A stretch of 64,000 bases of DNA from Owenia fusiformis (taxonomy: Eukaryota), in the NCBI GenBank assembly GCA_903813345.2, contig CAIIXF020000001.1, positions 28,458,001-28,522,000 on the forward strand, given 5' to 3'. The notes under the pieces are model-generated. The model saw nothing but the letters and a program-made list of their open reading frames with translations. It ran no database searches and had not been told where the DNA came from. Made by a program: the position numbers and the translations under genes. Below, in pieces: positions 25,348 to 37,433 of this stretch; within the stretch, counting starts at the first letter, position 1, and the number at the start of each line of letters is the position of its first letter.

Positions 25348-26043
25348 CTTATTTTGAAATAAATCCTGGAAATATAGAGATTTCTCCATGACCTTCTTAC
25401 TGTGATTAGGATATGTGAAAGCTGCTTAAAAGATTATACTTTGCTAATCTTCCTGACCAAAAATAGAACATCCGAGTCATTCATTTTTCACAAAATATTT
25501 GGCCCACCGGTTCCGTTTTCCTGACGATGTTGAACCAGCCCATGTAATGGTCCTAATGATACTCTCCAAATTCTTCAATTTTTAAAATATAAATTATCAA
25601 TGTTAGCCTTATGTTAGCACACATAATATTGCGTTTCTGTAGACTGTTTAATATATCCATGTGGTTCCAATATATTCACGATGATCAATGATTTCGAAGT
25701 CACAGTTTGACAGCGATTTGTTTAACTTACATAGACTGTACAGATGTGGAGAGCATGACCAAATGTTTCCACATTTTGGCGCGGGACTGCACAGTAAAAT
25801 AAAACTGATATAAATGTGCTAATATCATTTATATACTACAGTATACGCACCCTGATTAATTTACTTCCTGGTTGCTACCATATATTGTACCCTTATTTGA
25901 ACTCAATACAGGTAAACAAGTTTTGGTCTATTGAGATGCATGTAAAATTAACAATACTTTCTCTCAATCCCAATCCATTGAATCCTGTTTTTATTCTGAT
26001 CGTGCAGTCCTAGAATGAAGAAATGATCCTGGCCTAGTTGTAG

Positions 26044-27052
26044 CAAGGGCGTTACAATACCCGGGAATTTATCGGTTCGTGCAGTACTTGTTTGTGATAG
26101 CGCCCTCTGTAGGTCACTGTGCTTATAGCCTACAGTAATACGGGGTAGGATATCGGGAATTCGGTCAGTTTCTATCCGTCGATTTCGCTATGAATTGAAG
26201 CAAGTGTGACCACTTTATCCACTTAAACAATTTGATAATTGATTAAATATTTAAACAAAATCGATAAACACGTTGACAAATTGACAGATTAGCTTTTAAC
26301 TTTCAGCTTTGATGTTTAAATATTCTGTATTTCTACCGGACTTCTTGCTGAATATCATATTATGTTATAACTTGATTTGGATCATTGCCTGATTGCTCAT
26401 TCTGAAATTTTGATTGTGATTCATGATTGATTGGCAAGAAAAATAATTCCTATTGTTTTCCAGCGAAGTCAAAATGTTACAGCATGAGTTATAATGTCGA
26501 GTTTGCATCATGTTAAATTCTGCTAGTGATTAGAAGTCCATGCACAAGCATACACATAAGAGACAAACACACCCAGGCTCCAGGCCGTGGATGGAAATAT
26601 AAAACTATTTAAGGCACAAACTGGTATTAATAGACCGATATGTAGTGTCTACCATGTATTGAAGGTAAACCAATCTGCATTATTAATGTTTCTTCTATCA
26701 ATACATGGATTGTGCAATGGAAAAGCAATGGCACAATCAAAAATGTGCATATCAATCGTGAATATCTCTCGGTTCAAAGCTTATTTCCAACAGAATCGTG
26801 TCAAAATATGTGTCTGAGTAACAGTTATACATTATAAGATCGCAAACTCTTACCAATTATCAGCCGAATGGCTCATTTTCAACGAAATGTCCTTAAGACA
26901 ACAGCCCTGGGTCGCGCCTGAGACCAAAAACTATTTCAAATAGCCCTCCCCTAATTATATTGGATAATCACATTTATGCGTGCGCGCGCAGCTCATCCAC
27001 TGAACGAAACGCCACTTCCCGCTGAAATCACCGGGTATTGATCTTTCCCTTG
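26044..27052 (-). mobile_element. CAAGGG-ended element with 7-bp TSD, copy 2 (inverted relative to copy 1)
   Basis: Same termini and internal sequence as 23397-24425 apart from large indels; TSD GTTGTAG. Confidence 0.9.
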
Positions 27053-27803
27053 GTTGTAGTCCTATTCACAAACTCAGCCTTTTGGCTCATATCGGTAAGA
27101 GGCTATGAACGAAAAGGATATTGCTATACATTATTAATAATAGCAAATATTGATTTCTGGATCTTTAGAAGCACCCGAGATGTGATGAGGACACAGATTT
27201 TATTAGTCCGCCTATAATATAATTCCAACTTTTTGTTCATAATTGTAAGTAGTTGCAGTCTCTGACAATCCTAGTACTGTATCAGCTATCACGAAACATG
27301 ATCTTCATTGTATGGAGGAGACACGCACCATCTACAACTTGTAGAAAACAAAAATTTAACTTGAACAAAACATGTTGAACACATTTGTAATTTACTTCTT
27401 AAATGTACACGGTGGGTAGTTCAGAGAATTCCCGAATAAAATGTATGTTGGGACATGATCCCATAAGGTAATTATTTTACGACATGCACAATTTACCTTT
27501 TTATATACATTTTCTGACATATACATACATGTTATACAATATAGGCTTTTCATTCAGACATTTTTCACAGATACTTTCGTCTATTATATATCTTTTATTG
27601 ACTCTTTAGATGTCATATCATGACATATTAGTCACTAAGGTAGAGCAGTTCTTCCCATTGTCGAGTTGAAGAACTGGTATCTTTATCCTGGCTAGAACCA
27701 TAGACAATTCTAGCCAGCGCCAGCCTTTTATCGAGTTAGCAGCACTCTAGTAATCGCCAGTATAGGTCAGCAGTCATAGGTCAAAGACAAATCACAAGAA
27801 GTG

Positions 27804-27902
27804 CTGTGACCTGGGTTTGAACCCAAGACCTCTACTTTTTCAGCCTGAAGCCAGACTTCCTGCTTTTCAGACCAATGCCTTAACCACTAGGCCAACCCGG
27901 CG
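27804..27902 (-). mobile_element. tRNA-derived SINE head or tRNA(Phe)-like pseudogene
   Basis: Minus strand GCCGGGTTGGCCTAGTGGTTAAGGC (A box, D arm) ... CTGAAAA loop present twice ... GGGTTCAAACCC (B box); acceptor and anticodon stems pair poorly. Confidence 0.55.
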
Positions 27903-28192
27903 ACCACATTTGAAGTGCTTCCGGTATCAGGACTAAATTAAGCAAGGGTGTCTTTAATGCCCGAGATAAGTCGATGTACTGGACGGAAGCGCATGAGCTA
28001 CCTAAAGACAAGATGATGTGAAGCCGAGGCTCTAGTCAAGCTCGATAATGATGTATCTTAAGATTTAGCTTCGTGTTTCATGCATAATTGAATGGAAATA
28101 GAAAACCAAAATCCAACGGCGCTTGTCTTTATCAAAACCCTTTGCTTATCAAAGGGGGCACGTTCAAACGCCATCTTATGTTCAAGGGTTAA

Positions 28193-31100
28193 TAGTATAG
28201 TAGGAACAAGGGGTTCCCATGCACCCATAAGGTGTGAATAAGTTACATACATTTTTGTAATCCCTAGGGTGTCTATTTAATGAATTCATTTGTTAACATT
28301 GCCAACTAATGTCCCATAGTACTTTTATGGCGGCATTCAGTTACCATGGTTACGCATCTTTAGACATCTTACCTTGGTATCTTAAATCATTTGTAGCTCT
28401 GTCATTATTTGGTCTATAGAAATGATATTGGTACCAAATTGAATCTCGTTAAATTTCCAATAAATTTCTGATATTCAATAATGCAAATTATCTAATTTGC
28501 ATAAATTATGACGTCATCAATCTATTTTTGGTTCAGAATTTCCAACTATAGCAACGTATCTATTAGAACTGAGGCCGTATGGCAAAATTTCTGAAAGGTT
28601 TTGTCCTTTATTCTATTAGTAGAAGCTTTAAGCAACATAAAAGTGAAAACAGATTCAAAATTGAATCAGTATTACGAAAGTTATGTAACTTTCGAAGTAA
28701 CTATCGTGAATGTCATTATTTGACAATAATATACATACGTCTTACCTTGGAGTCTTGAATCAATGTAGCTTCGCCATTATTTGGTCTATAGAGATGATAT
28801 TGGTATCTGATTAAACCTTATTAAATTTACTATATGGTTACAATATTCAGTTATGCAAATTAGCTAATTTGCATTAATTGTGACGTCATCAATCCATTTT
28901 TGGTTCAGAATATCCTAGTATAGCAACATATCTATTAGAACTGAGGCCGTATGACAGAATGTGTGCATAGTTTTGTCCCTTATTTGATGAGTGGAAGATA
29001 TAAGCAACATTGAAGAGACAACAAATCTTCAAAATTGGATCAGAATTAACAAAATTATCCAGCTTTGGAGGCAGCTACTGTGAACGTCATTGTTTGACAA
29101 TTATAAAAAGAATATTAAATTAACAAAAAAAGTAACAACCATTATATTATAGTTGTTTCAATCTTATTGAGTAAAAATGTGCATGTATTGAACTGAACTA
29201 ATAAGTATGTGGAAAGGTTACATGCATTTTGACTATCATTCACAGGGGTCAAAACGGTTATCTCGACCCTGTATATTAAAGATCCAATCTTATAATTTAC
29301 CATGCACTTTCAATGATTCATATAAATAGTATACATATAGTCTGCTTTTCATCATATTCTTCATATTCTTGATTCTTAAAGCATCTGAAGTATATAGCAT
29401 GATTAGAAGTGAAGATGATTCATCATATGGTTTATGTAATATTTCTAACATTTCAGATGCTATGGTAACATCACTTGGTAATGAGGTTTTTACATTTCAC
29501 GTTCTTAATGAGTTAAAAGAAAGTTATTCTCCCTTTGCTTTAGAGATAAATAGTTGCATGAATTTGTTTAAAAAAATTATAACTTAATTTAACCTCCTCC
29601 TGACAGCCCCCATATTTGAAGATTTTGGTGAAACCTGGCAAAATACATTAATAATTAGGTTCCAGAAGCCCCCAGAAGCTATATGATGGGCCCCATTGGC
29701 CCCAAGAATCTATACAGGGGCCCCAAGTGGCCCCCAGAAGGTATACGATGGCCCCCAGAAGCTATACAAGGGCCCATGGAAACTATACTGTGGTCTCCAG
29801 AAGCTATATGGTGACCCCCAGTGGCCCTCAGAAGCTATATGATGGCCCCAAGAAGCTAAATAGTGGCCCCCAGGAGCTATACGGTGGCACCCAGAAGCTA
29901 TACAGGGAACCCCAGTGGCCCAAAGAAGCTATACGATGGCCCCCAGAAGCTATACAGCAGCCCCCAGAAGCTACAAGATGGCCCCCAGAATCTATATGAT
30001 GGCCCCCAATGGCTCCCAGAAGCTATACAGGGCCCCCAGTAGCCCCTAGAAGCTATACGGTGGCCCCCAAAGCTATATGGTGGCCCATTGGGGGACACTG
30101 TATAGCTTCTGGAGGCCATCGTATAGCTTATGGGGGCTACCGTTCAGTTTCTGTAGGCCCTTGCATAGCTTCTGGGGGCCATCGTATAGCTTCTGGGAGC
30201 CACTGGGGGCCCCTGTATAGCTTCTGGGGGCTACAGTATAGTTTCTGTAGGCCCTTGCATAGCTTCTGGGGGCCATCGTATAGCTTCTAGGAGCCACTGG
30301 GGGCCCCTGTATAGCTTCTGGGGGCTACAGTACAGTTTCTGCAGGCCCTTGCATAGCTTCTGGGGGCCATCGTATAGCTTCTGGGAGCCACTGTGGACCC
30401 CTTTATAGCTTCTGGGGGCCACCATATAGCTTTCGGGGCCACTGGGGGTCACCGTATAGCTTATAGGGGCTACTGGGGGCCCTTTATAGCTTCTGGGAGC
30501 CATTGTGTAGCTTCTGGGAACCACCATATAGCTCCTGAGGGTCACTATTTAGCTTCTTAGGGCCATCATATAGCCTATGAGGGCCACTGGGGGCCACCGT
30601 ATAGCTTCTAGGGGCTACTGGGGGCCCTTCACATCTTCTGGGAGCCATTGGGGGCCATCATATAGATTCTGGGGGCCATCATGTAGCTTTTTGGGGCTCC
30701 TGTATAGCTTCTGGGGGCCTTCGATTAGCTTCTTGGGGCCACTGGGGTCCCCTGTATAGTTTCTGGGAGCCACCATATAGCTCCTGGGGGCCACTAATTA
30801 GCTTCTGGAGGCCATCATATAGCTTCCGAGGGCCACTGGGGGCCACCTAGAGCTTCTGGAGACCATAGTATAGTTTCTGGGGGCCCTTGTATAGCTTCTG
30901 GGGGCCATCGTATAGCTTCTGGGGGCCCCTGTAAAGCTTCTGGGGGCCACCGTATAGCTTTTTGGGGCCACTGGGGGCCCCTGTATAGCTTCTGGGCGCC
31001 ACCGTATAGCTCCTTGGGGCCACAGGGTTTCCTGTATAGCTTCTGGGAGCCACCATATAGCTCCTGGGGGCCACTAATTAGCTTCTGGAGGCCATCATAT

Positions 31101-32960
31101 AGCTTCCGAGGGCCACTGGGGGCCACCTAGAGCTTCTGGAGACCATAGTATAGTTTCTGGGGGCCCTTGTATAGCTTCTGGGGGCCATCGTATAGCTTCT
31201 GGGGGCCCCTGTAAAGCTTCTGGGGGCCACCGTATAGCTTTTTGGGGCCACTGGGGGCCCCTGTATAGCTTCTGGGCGCCACTGTATAGCTCCTTCGGGC
31301 CACAGGGTTTCCTGTATAGCTTCTGGGAGCCACCGTATAGCTCCTGGGGGCCACTATTCAGCTTCTGGGGGCCAACATATAGCTTCTGTGGAGCACAGTA
31401 TAGCTCCTGGGGGCCACTTGGGGCCCCTGTATAGATTCTTGGGGCCACTGGGGGCCATCATATAGCTTCTGGGGGCTTCTGGAACCTAATAATTAATGTA
31501 TTTTGCCAGGTTTCACCAAAATCTTCAAATATGGGGCTGTCTGGGGGGGGGGGGTTAAATTAATTAAGTTATAATTTTTCTAAACAAATTCATGCAACTA
31601 TTTATCTCTAAAGCAAAGGGAGAATAACTTCCTTTTTACTCATTAAGAACGTGAAATGTAAAAACCTCATTATCAAGTGATGTTACCATAGCATCTGAAA
31701 TGTTAGAAATATTACATAAACCATATGATGAATCATCTTCACTTCTAATCATGCTATATACTTCAGATGCTTTAAGAATCAAGAATATGAAGAATATGAT
31801 GAAAAGCAGACTATATGTATACTATTTATATGAATCATTGAAAGTGCATGGTAAATTATAAGATTGGATCTTTAATATACAGGGTCGAGATAACCGTTTT
31901 GACCCCTGTGAATGATAGTCAAAATGCATGTAACCTTTCCACATACTTATTAGTTCAGTTCAATACATGCACATTTTTACTCAATAAGATTGAAACAACT
32001 ATAATATAATGGTTGTTACTTTTTTTTGTTAATTTAATATTCTTTTTATAATTGTCAAACAATGACGTTCACAGTAGCTGCCTCCAAAGCTGGATAATTT
32101 TGTTAATTCTGATCCAATTTTGAAGATTTGTTGTCTCTTTAATGTTGCTTATATCTTCCACTCATCAAATAAGGGACAAAACTATGCACACATTCTGTCA
32201 TACGGCCTCAGTTCTAATAGATATGTTGCTATACTAGGATATTCTGAACCAAAAATGGATTGATGACGTCACAATTAATGCAAATTAGCTAATTTGCATA
32301 ACTGAATATTGTAACCATATAGTAAATTCAACAAGGTTTAATCAGATACCAATATCATCTCTATAGACCAAATAATGGCGAAGCGACATTGATTCAAGAC
32401 TCTAAGGTAAGAAGTAATGTATATTATTGTCAAATAATGACATTCACGATAGCTGCCTCGAAAGTTACATAACTTTCGTAATACTGATTCAATTTTGAAT
32501 CTGTTTTCACTTTTATGTTGCTTATACCTTCTACTAATAGAATAAAGGACAAAACCTTTCAGAAATTTTGCCATACGGCCTCAGTTCTAATAGATACGTT
32601 GCTATAGTTGGAAATTCTGAACCAAAAATAGATTGATGACGTCATAATTTATGCAAATTAGATAATTTGCATAATTGAATATCATAAATTTATTGGAAAT
32701 TTAACGAGGTTTAATTTGGTACCAATATCATTTCTATGGACCAAATAATGACAGAGCTACAAATGATTTAAGACACCAAGGTATGATGTCTAAAGATGCG
32801 TAACCATGGTAACTGAATGCCGCCATAAAAGTACTATGGGACATTAGTTGGCAATGTTAACAAATGGATTCATTAAATAGACACCCTAGGGATTACAAAA
32901 ATGTATGTAACTTATTCACACCTTATGGGTGCATGGGAACCCCTTGTTCCTACTATACTA
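28193..32960. mobile_element. 4.8-kb non-coding foldback element with TAG..CTA ends and TAA TSD (Academ-like)
   Basis: TAA|TAGTATAGTAGGAACAAGGGG ... CCCCTTGTTCCTACTATACTA|TAA; 28193-~29720 is a near-perfect inverted copy of ~31425-32960; each arm holds an internal ~360-bp tandem duplication. Confidence 0.85.
29660..31485. repeat. GC-rich minisatellite (core GGCCCCCAGAAGCTATAC, ~21/33-bp units) that inverts near 30090
   Basis: CCCCAGAAGCTATA units up to ~30080, then TATAGCTTCTGGGG units; higher-order 280-bp duplication (30815-31094 vs 31095-31374). Confidence 0.9.
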
Positions 32961-33006
32961 TAATAACTGTTTAAAATAGGTGATGGCAGAAACAATATAA
33001 TAGTAA

Positions 33007-33260
33007 ATCAATGCCTATACTTTCATTGTTGACACAAACAATCTAATGGTTGATTACACAATCAATGCCAATACTTTCATTGTTGATACAAAAAATTTAA
33101 TGGTTAATGACACAAACAATGTCAATACTTTCACTGCTGGTGCAAACAATATCATGGTTGATGTCACAATCAATGGCAATGCTTTCATTATTGATACAAA
33201 CAATATCATGGTTGATGACTTAATCAATGTCAATACTTCACTGTTAAGACAAACAATATA
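33007..33260. repeat. 54-bp tandem repeat, ~4.7 diverged copies
   Basis: Units A[TA]CAATGnC[AT]AT[AG]CTTTCA..TG..ACAAACAAT..ATGGTTGAT start at 33007, 33061, 33115, 33169, 33223. Confidence 0.8.
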
Positions 33261-33465
33261 ATTTTGTTTTTGTACATTTGTTTAACTACAATTAAATTGT
33301 GTTACAATACTTTTTACAGCATATTTAATTTTTCATCATTATCTCTTTAAATGGGTTATTCTGGGACTTTTGGTGCAGTTGCCTGCTTATGGGAACATAG
33401 GAAAATGTCAGTAAAAAATAGAACGAGTTTGTTATTAACATGCTAACCAATGCACAAGGATGAAT

Positions 33466-34911
33466 TTATTGCCATCCATCAGGTTTATACGGTTGCAAAT
33501 AATTCAACATCTTCACTAGTGCAGCTGAATCAGGAACGTTATGAGATTTGAATTGCTCCCTAATGTCTTTTATCCATGGTATCCACTCCTGTCTCCATTG
33601 AGGATGAGACGCTACACTATCAGAAAGTAGTCTCAATCTGAGCATGTTCCGACAGCCTGCCATGTCAATTCGACCAGCAGTATCAACCATCGGGAAATCA
33701 ACATCTGGTAGTTTGGTACCTCTGTCATCCTTTACAGAGTCTGCATTATCCCACGCATACTTAGTGTCATATATACGATGTAGGTTAGCAACAATTTCTC
33801 TGAAGCACTTTCCAATCTTACTGGGTTCGTAAGATTGCTCATTTAGACATTTTTCATAGTGACGTTTCACTGCAGTTGTCAGCATGTAGGTATCCGACCT
33901 CGGGGAGAACACCTCCGTCATCAAGTACTTCAACACGAAAACAATCTGTCTATGGGCATCGTCAAGTCCTTGCTTATTAGCTGGTTTCTCACAAATTGAC
34001 ACTGTCCAATGAAACGCTGAATCAGAAAAGTCACAATTCGAACAATGGTCTTTACGAATAGGGTCAACAGGCACCAGGATCAGTCGTCCATTCTCAGTGT
34101 GTTTATGATGTACACACAGGCACAGATCGACCTCAGTGGGACAGACGGGGGCCTTAAGTAATGTAACTGTAACAGAAGGACCTGTTGTGTCTACTGAAAA
34201 CTTCTCATAATCATCTTTCCCGTTCATGTATTCAAGACATCTCATCACAGCCTTCTGGAAAACAACATAGACGTAAATACTAATCGAACCGGTCACGGGA
34301 TCGATCACTGGAAGTTCTTGTGATAGTTCATCACCGAGTTCAGTGTGAAGTTCTTGAAAAATCGCAATCAAAGCATCGGTTTTCAAGGTTACTTGTCCAC
34401 TCTTTGTACCATGGATGTCACGAGTGTCTTTCGTGCCGATCTTTTTAAGTGTATCCACGGAGAGTGTCCATAATAGAAGGAAATCGAATTCGTCAGGATT
34501 CATAATCTTCAAACCTTTATAGAAGCTTCCAGATTTCACCATTTGTACATCAAAAACACCAGGGTACAACTCATGAAGTGTTTTAATGACATCGTGTACG
34601 AACGCTTCTACGTATTCTTTTTGTCGTTCCACGTTAGCGTCAGAGTAGTTCACCCTGGCCTTCTTGGCGACGAAGTCCACAAAGGTAGCTAAACTCATAT
34701 TTTCAAGCTCTTGCTGTTGTTCATCTTGTGTTGGGTTATCATTACATTCAGCTTCACATGCCGCTATTTGTTTATGGTCATGATTTGTTGCTTTCTCATT
34801 ATAATTACCCTCACATTTAATGGCTGTCTGTAGCGTGTCTTGTAAGCCATCTGTCCCAGTAGGTTCAGTGTTTTTGGATTCACACTGGAGCCCTGGAATA
34901 ATATTGGTCAT
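33466..34911 (-). CDS. cGAS-like receptor / Mab-21-family nucleotidyltransferase, copy 2
   Basis: 481-aa ORF with ATG start; same GS/EFD/VD motifs; core nearly identical to copy 1, N-terminal ~95 aa more diverged. Confidence 0.85.
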   Translation of the reverse strand: MTNIIPGLQCESKNTEPTGTDGLQDTLQTAIKCEGNYNEKATNHDHKQIAACEAECNDNPTQDEQQQELENMSLATFVDFVAKKARVNYSDANVERQKEYVEAFVHDVIKTLHELYPGVFDVQMVKSGSFYKGLKIMNPDEFDFLLLWTLSVDTLKKIGTKDTRDIHGTKSGQVTLKTDALIAIFQELHTELGDELSQELPVIDPVTGSISIYVYVVFQKAVMRCLEYMNGKDDYEKFSVDTTGPSVTVTLLKAPVCPTEVDLCLCVHHKHTENGRLILVPVDPIRKDHCSNCDFSDSAFHWTVSICEKPANKQGLDDAHRQIVFVLKYLMTEVFSPRSDTYMLTTAVKRHYEKCLNEQSYEPSKIGKCFREIVANLHRIYDTKYAWDNADSVKDDRGTKLPDVDFPMVDTAGRIDMAGCRNMLRLRLLSDSVASHPQWRQEWIPWIKDIREQFKSHNVPDSAALVKMLNYLQPYKPDGWQ

Positions 34912-35079
34912 TGTAAATCAAACCACAATCACAGGAGCTGATTTTATGCAGTGTATCAATATTTGAAATGCACAACATGTAATTTGATCTACTCTTCTTA
35001 TTATCTGAGCTTCGGAAAATAAAATAGACAAAACATCAAGGAAATGCTGAACGAATATTAACATAGGTGATGGTATGAT

Positions 35080-35889
35080 TTAAATCAAGCCTACATGAAT
35101 TTCATCAATGAGAATAAAGCATTGATACCATGTGTTTTTTTCCTTTTTCTTCGCCTGTTGGATCAACGCCGTCACCAGTTTTGTTGTTCTTCTATAAGAC
35201 ACTAATAATTTCGCCTTTGTCATGAAAAGATCAGTTGTCAAGGCAGTCGTCATATCTTCTCTTGGATGCCACATTTTTTCTTTCGAGGCTATTTCCTCTA
35301 GAATTTCGGGTCTTTGCTCACGTGAGCTTTGAAATGTGTCATCTATTGTATTTAATTGTCCCATTGCCTGTGCAAGTAACTGCTGTTTTGTTTCAGCTGA
35401 TACTGTTTTATCCTTGATATCATCACATCCTTTTATTTCTTCTTGGGGATCCTTTTGCGCAATATCAGTGGCATTCGGGACGTCTTTCATACTCGCGTCA
35501 TTATTTGCAGATGTTATGTCGAGTAACTGTCCAATTGGAGATTCTTTTGAGAGTATCAGAAACTGAAGGTCAAGTAATGTTGAATTCCTTGGTTCGATGT
35601 CAACCCCTTTGTCTTCAACCCCATACACGGTATCTCTGAAAGACTGGACGATATCGTAATTAAGGTCACCGAGTTGCGCTAGTTCGTGAAGTTTGAAGTA
35701 TACATCGCTTGCCAACATGCTTCTTTGTAGATTCCTCAGCATGTTTGGAAAAATCAAATTCTCCATTTCTTCTTGCAGGAGCTGTTTGAAGTGAGTTGTA
35801 TTCTTCCTGACTATTAATGCTGTTACGGATTGTCGCCATGAATCATCCATGGCTTCTTTGATCGTCGCCTCTACATTGTCCGTCTCCAT
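35080..35889 (-). CDS. Unknown helical protein (or N-terminal exon of the cGLR), copy 2; +1 frameshift near the 3' end
   Basis: Paralog of 24553-25347; ATG at 35889 after TTATCTTCCAG; a 7-T run at 35135-35141 carries one extra base relative to copy 1. Confidence 0.7.
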   Translation of the reverse strand: METDNVEATIKEAMDDSWRQSVTALIVRKNTTHFKQLLQEEMENLIFPNMLRNLQRSMLASDVYFKLHELAQLGDLNYDIVQSFRDTVYGVEDKGVDIEPRNSTLLDLQFLILSKESPIGQLLDITSANNDASMKDVPNATDIAQKDPQEEIKGCDDIKDKTVSAETKQQLLAQAMGQLNTIDDTFQSSREQRPEILEEIASKEKMWHPREDMTTALTTDLFMTKAKLLVSYRRTTKLVTALIQQAKKKEKNTWYQCFILIDEIHVGLI

Positions 35890-36368
35890 CTTCAACCGGA
35901 AATCTGGAAGATAAGCCTAAACATATAACTCTTTATTTCGAATATGTGAAAGCTGTGCTTCTTATAACACGATGCGCAAAAACGTCCTTATTCTGATTCA
36001 ATGGTAATTTTTTCATCATACACTGTTTACGATTTTCATCTGATTCCACACAATATATGGGGCATAACCATAACTAAAATATCCCTAAATTGTGACTTCA
36101 AATATTACCTTGAAATGGACGGTTTACATACATTCATACACCAGTCGTCAGTTAGTTAATCTTCACTCATTCCAATATCGCTATAAAATGATAAATATGT
36201 AATAATACCATTATACAATTGATTGCTGCACTCTCTGCAAAACTATGGTTGAAATCCATGTAGTTATAGAAAAATATAAAATATGGACATTTTTTGCTCA
36301 TCCTGTAAATACACATTCTGATAAATTTTCTTCCTGGTTGTTGTTTACATGCTTATAGTGGCCCTTAA

Positions 36369-36599
36369 GGTCAGGGTGCACTTTAATAAAACTTCATGAC
36401 CAAGTGCTATTTTCAGATAAACATAACTCATTCTACACATCATCTGATCATCTACATCTTTCATTCTTGCACAAAAGATGCATTAGTGTACCTAGACTAT
36501 TAATTGAGGGTTGATAATTCTTCAGAATGTTTGAATAACTAGAATATTCAGTGGTTTACTTTTCAAAATTGCAAAAAAATTCTACAGTGCACCCTGACC
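36369..36599. mobile_element. Short TTAA-type (Kolobok-like) MITE
   Basis: TTAA|GGTCAGGGTGCACT ... AGTGCACCCTGACC|TTAG. Confidence 0.75.
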
Positions 36600-37433
36600 T
36601 TAGCTGAACTGAATGTAAGATTATTTAGTCAAAACACGTAGTATTGTTAAATGTTTATGATCAGGTAGAAAACCGTTTTTGTTCAATTGAGATGAATGTA
36701 AATTGGCAAAGTTCAAACAATCATTTCTCTAATCTCACCCTTTTGAATCCTCGCATTTATCCAAACTTCCTACTTCCTGTTCAATACATCTTGAGAAAAA
36801 AGTCCGTGGAAGAAACAAGAGATTGCTCCGTTTTAGATGTGATAAGGACATGGATTTTGTGAGTCCGCCAAAAATATAGTTCAGACATTTTGTTCAAACG
36901 TGGACTTTGTCAGTCTGTCAGCAGTCTCTGACACTTCTACTAGCGATCATCAAGCATTAATTAGTTGAAAATTGTATATCGTATTGGGGAAGTAGTATAA
37001 GTAGATGCTACTCTGCCAGCACGAGCACTTAAAAATGTCTTTGGCGATCTTCTAGACCGTCAAATCTCGGATCACCAACGATCTTACGCCTGGGGACTTA
37101 TTATTCATTTAAAAACTATGTGTTGTCGAAGGTCAAGGAAAGGAGGTCAACGACACATTTCTAGGTCGAAGTCACCTGTAAGGTCTATTTCAGGATATAG
37201 AATTCAATGGAAAGCTAATGCTTTTGATATGTCCCAGACAAAAATCAATCAAATATGAAAATATTTTTCGCACTGTAGTATTATTCTTTGGACACACATG
37301 GATAATAATGATAATTATTTACTGTCACAATTTGTAAACAAAAAAATCTTGAGATATCATAGTACATGTATATTGTATATCGAGAATTCATCAATGACAT
37401 GACATGAATCAAAGATGTCAGTAAAATCTAGCA

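Noticed and set aside
23397-27052. Composite transposon capturing the 24553-25347 ORF
   Set aside because: Each flanking element has its own TSD, and the paralogous ORF sits in the same context without them
27804-27902. Functional tRNA-Phe gene
   Set aside because: Acceptor and anticodon stems pair poorly and the anticodon region is duplicated; kept only as a SINE head or pseudogene
29727-31448. Many MAPRSY/GPQKLY ORFs and a superficially CRISPR-like periodic array
   Set aside because: Minisatellite without unique spacers, ORFs on both strands and in all frames, no cas genes, eukaryotic context
20810-35889. Bacterial CBASS operon or contamination
   Set aside because: Motifs are metazoan cGLR/Mab-21-like, the upstream ORF shows no known Cap effector motif, and the region carries splice signals and eukaryotic MITEs continuous with intron-containing genes
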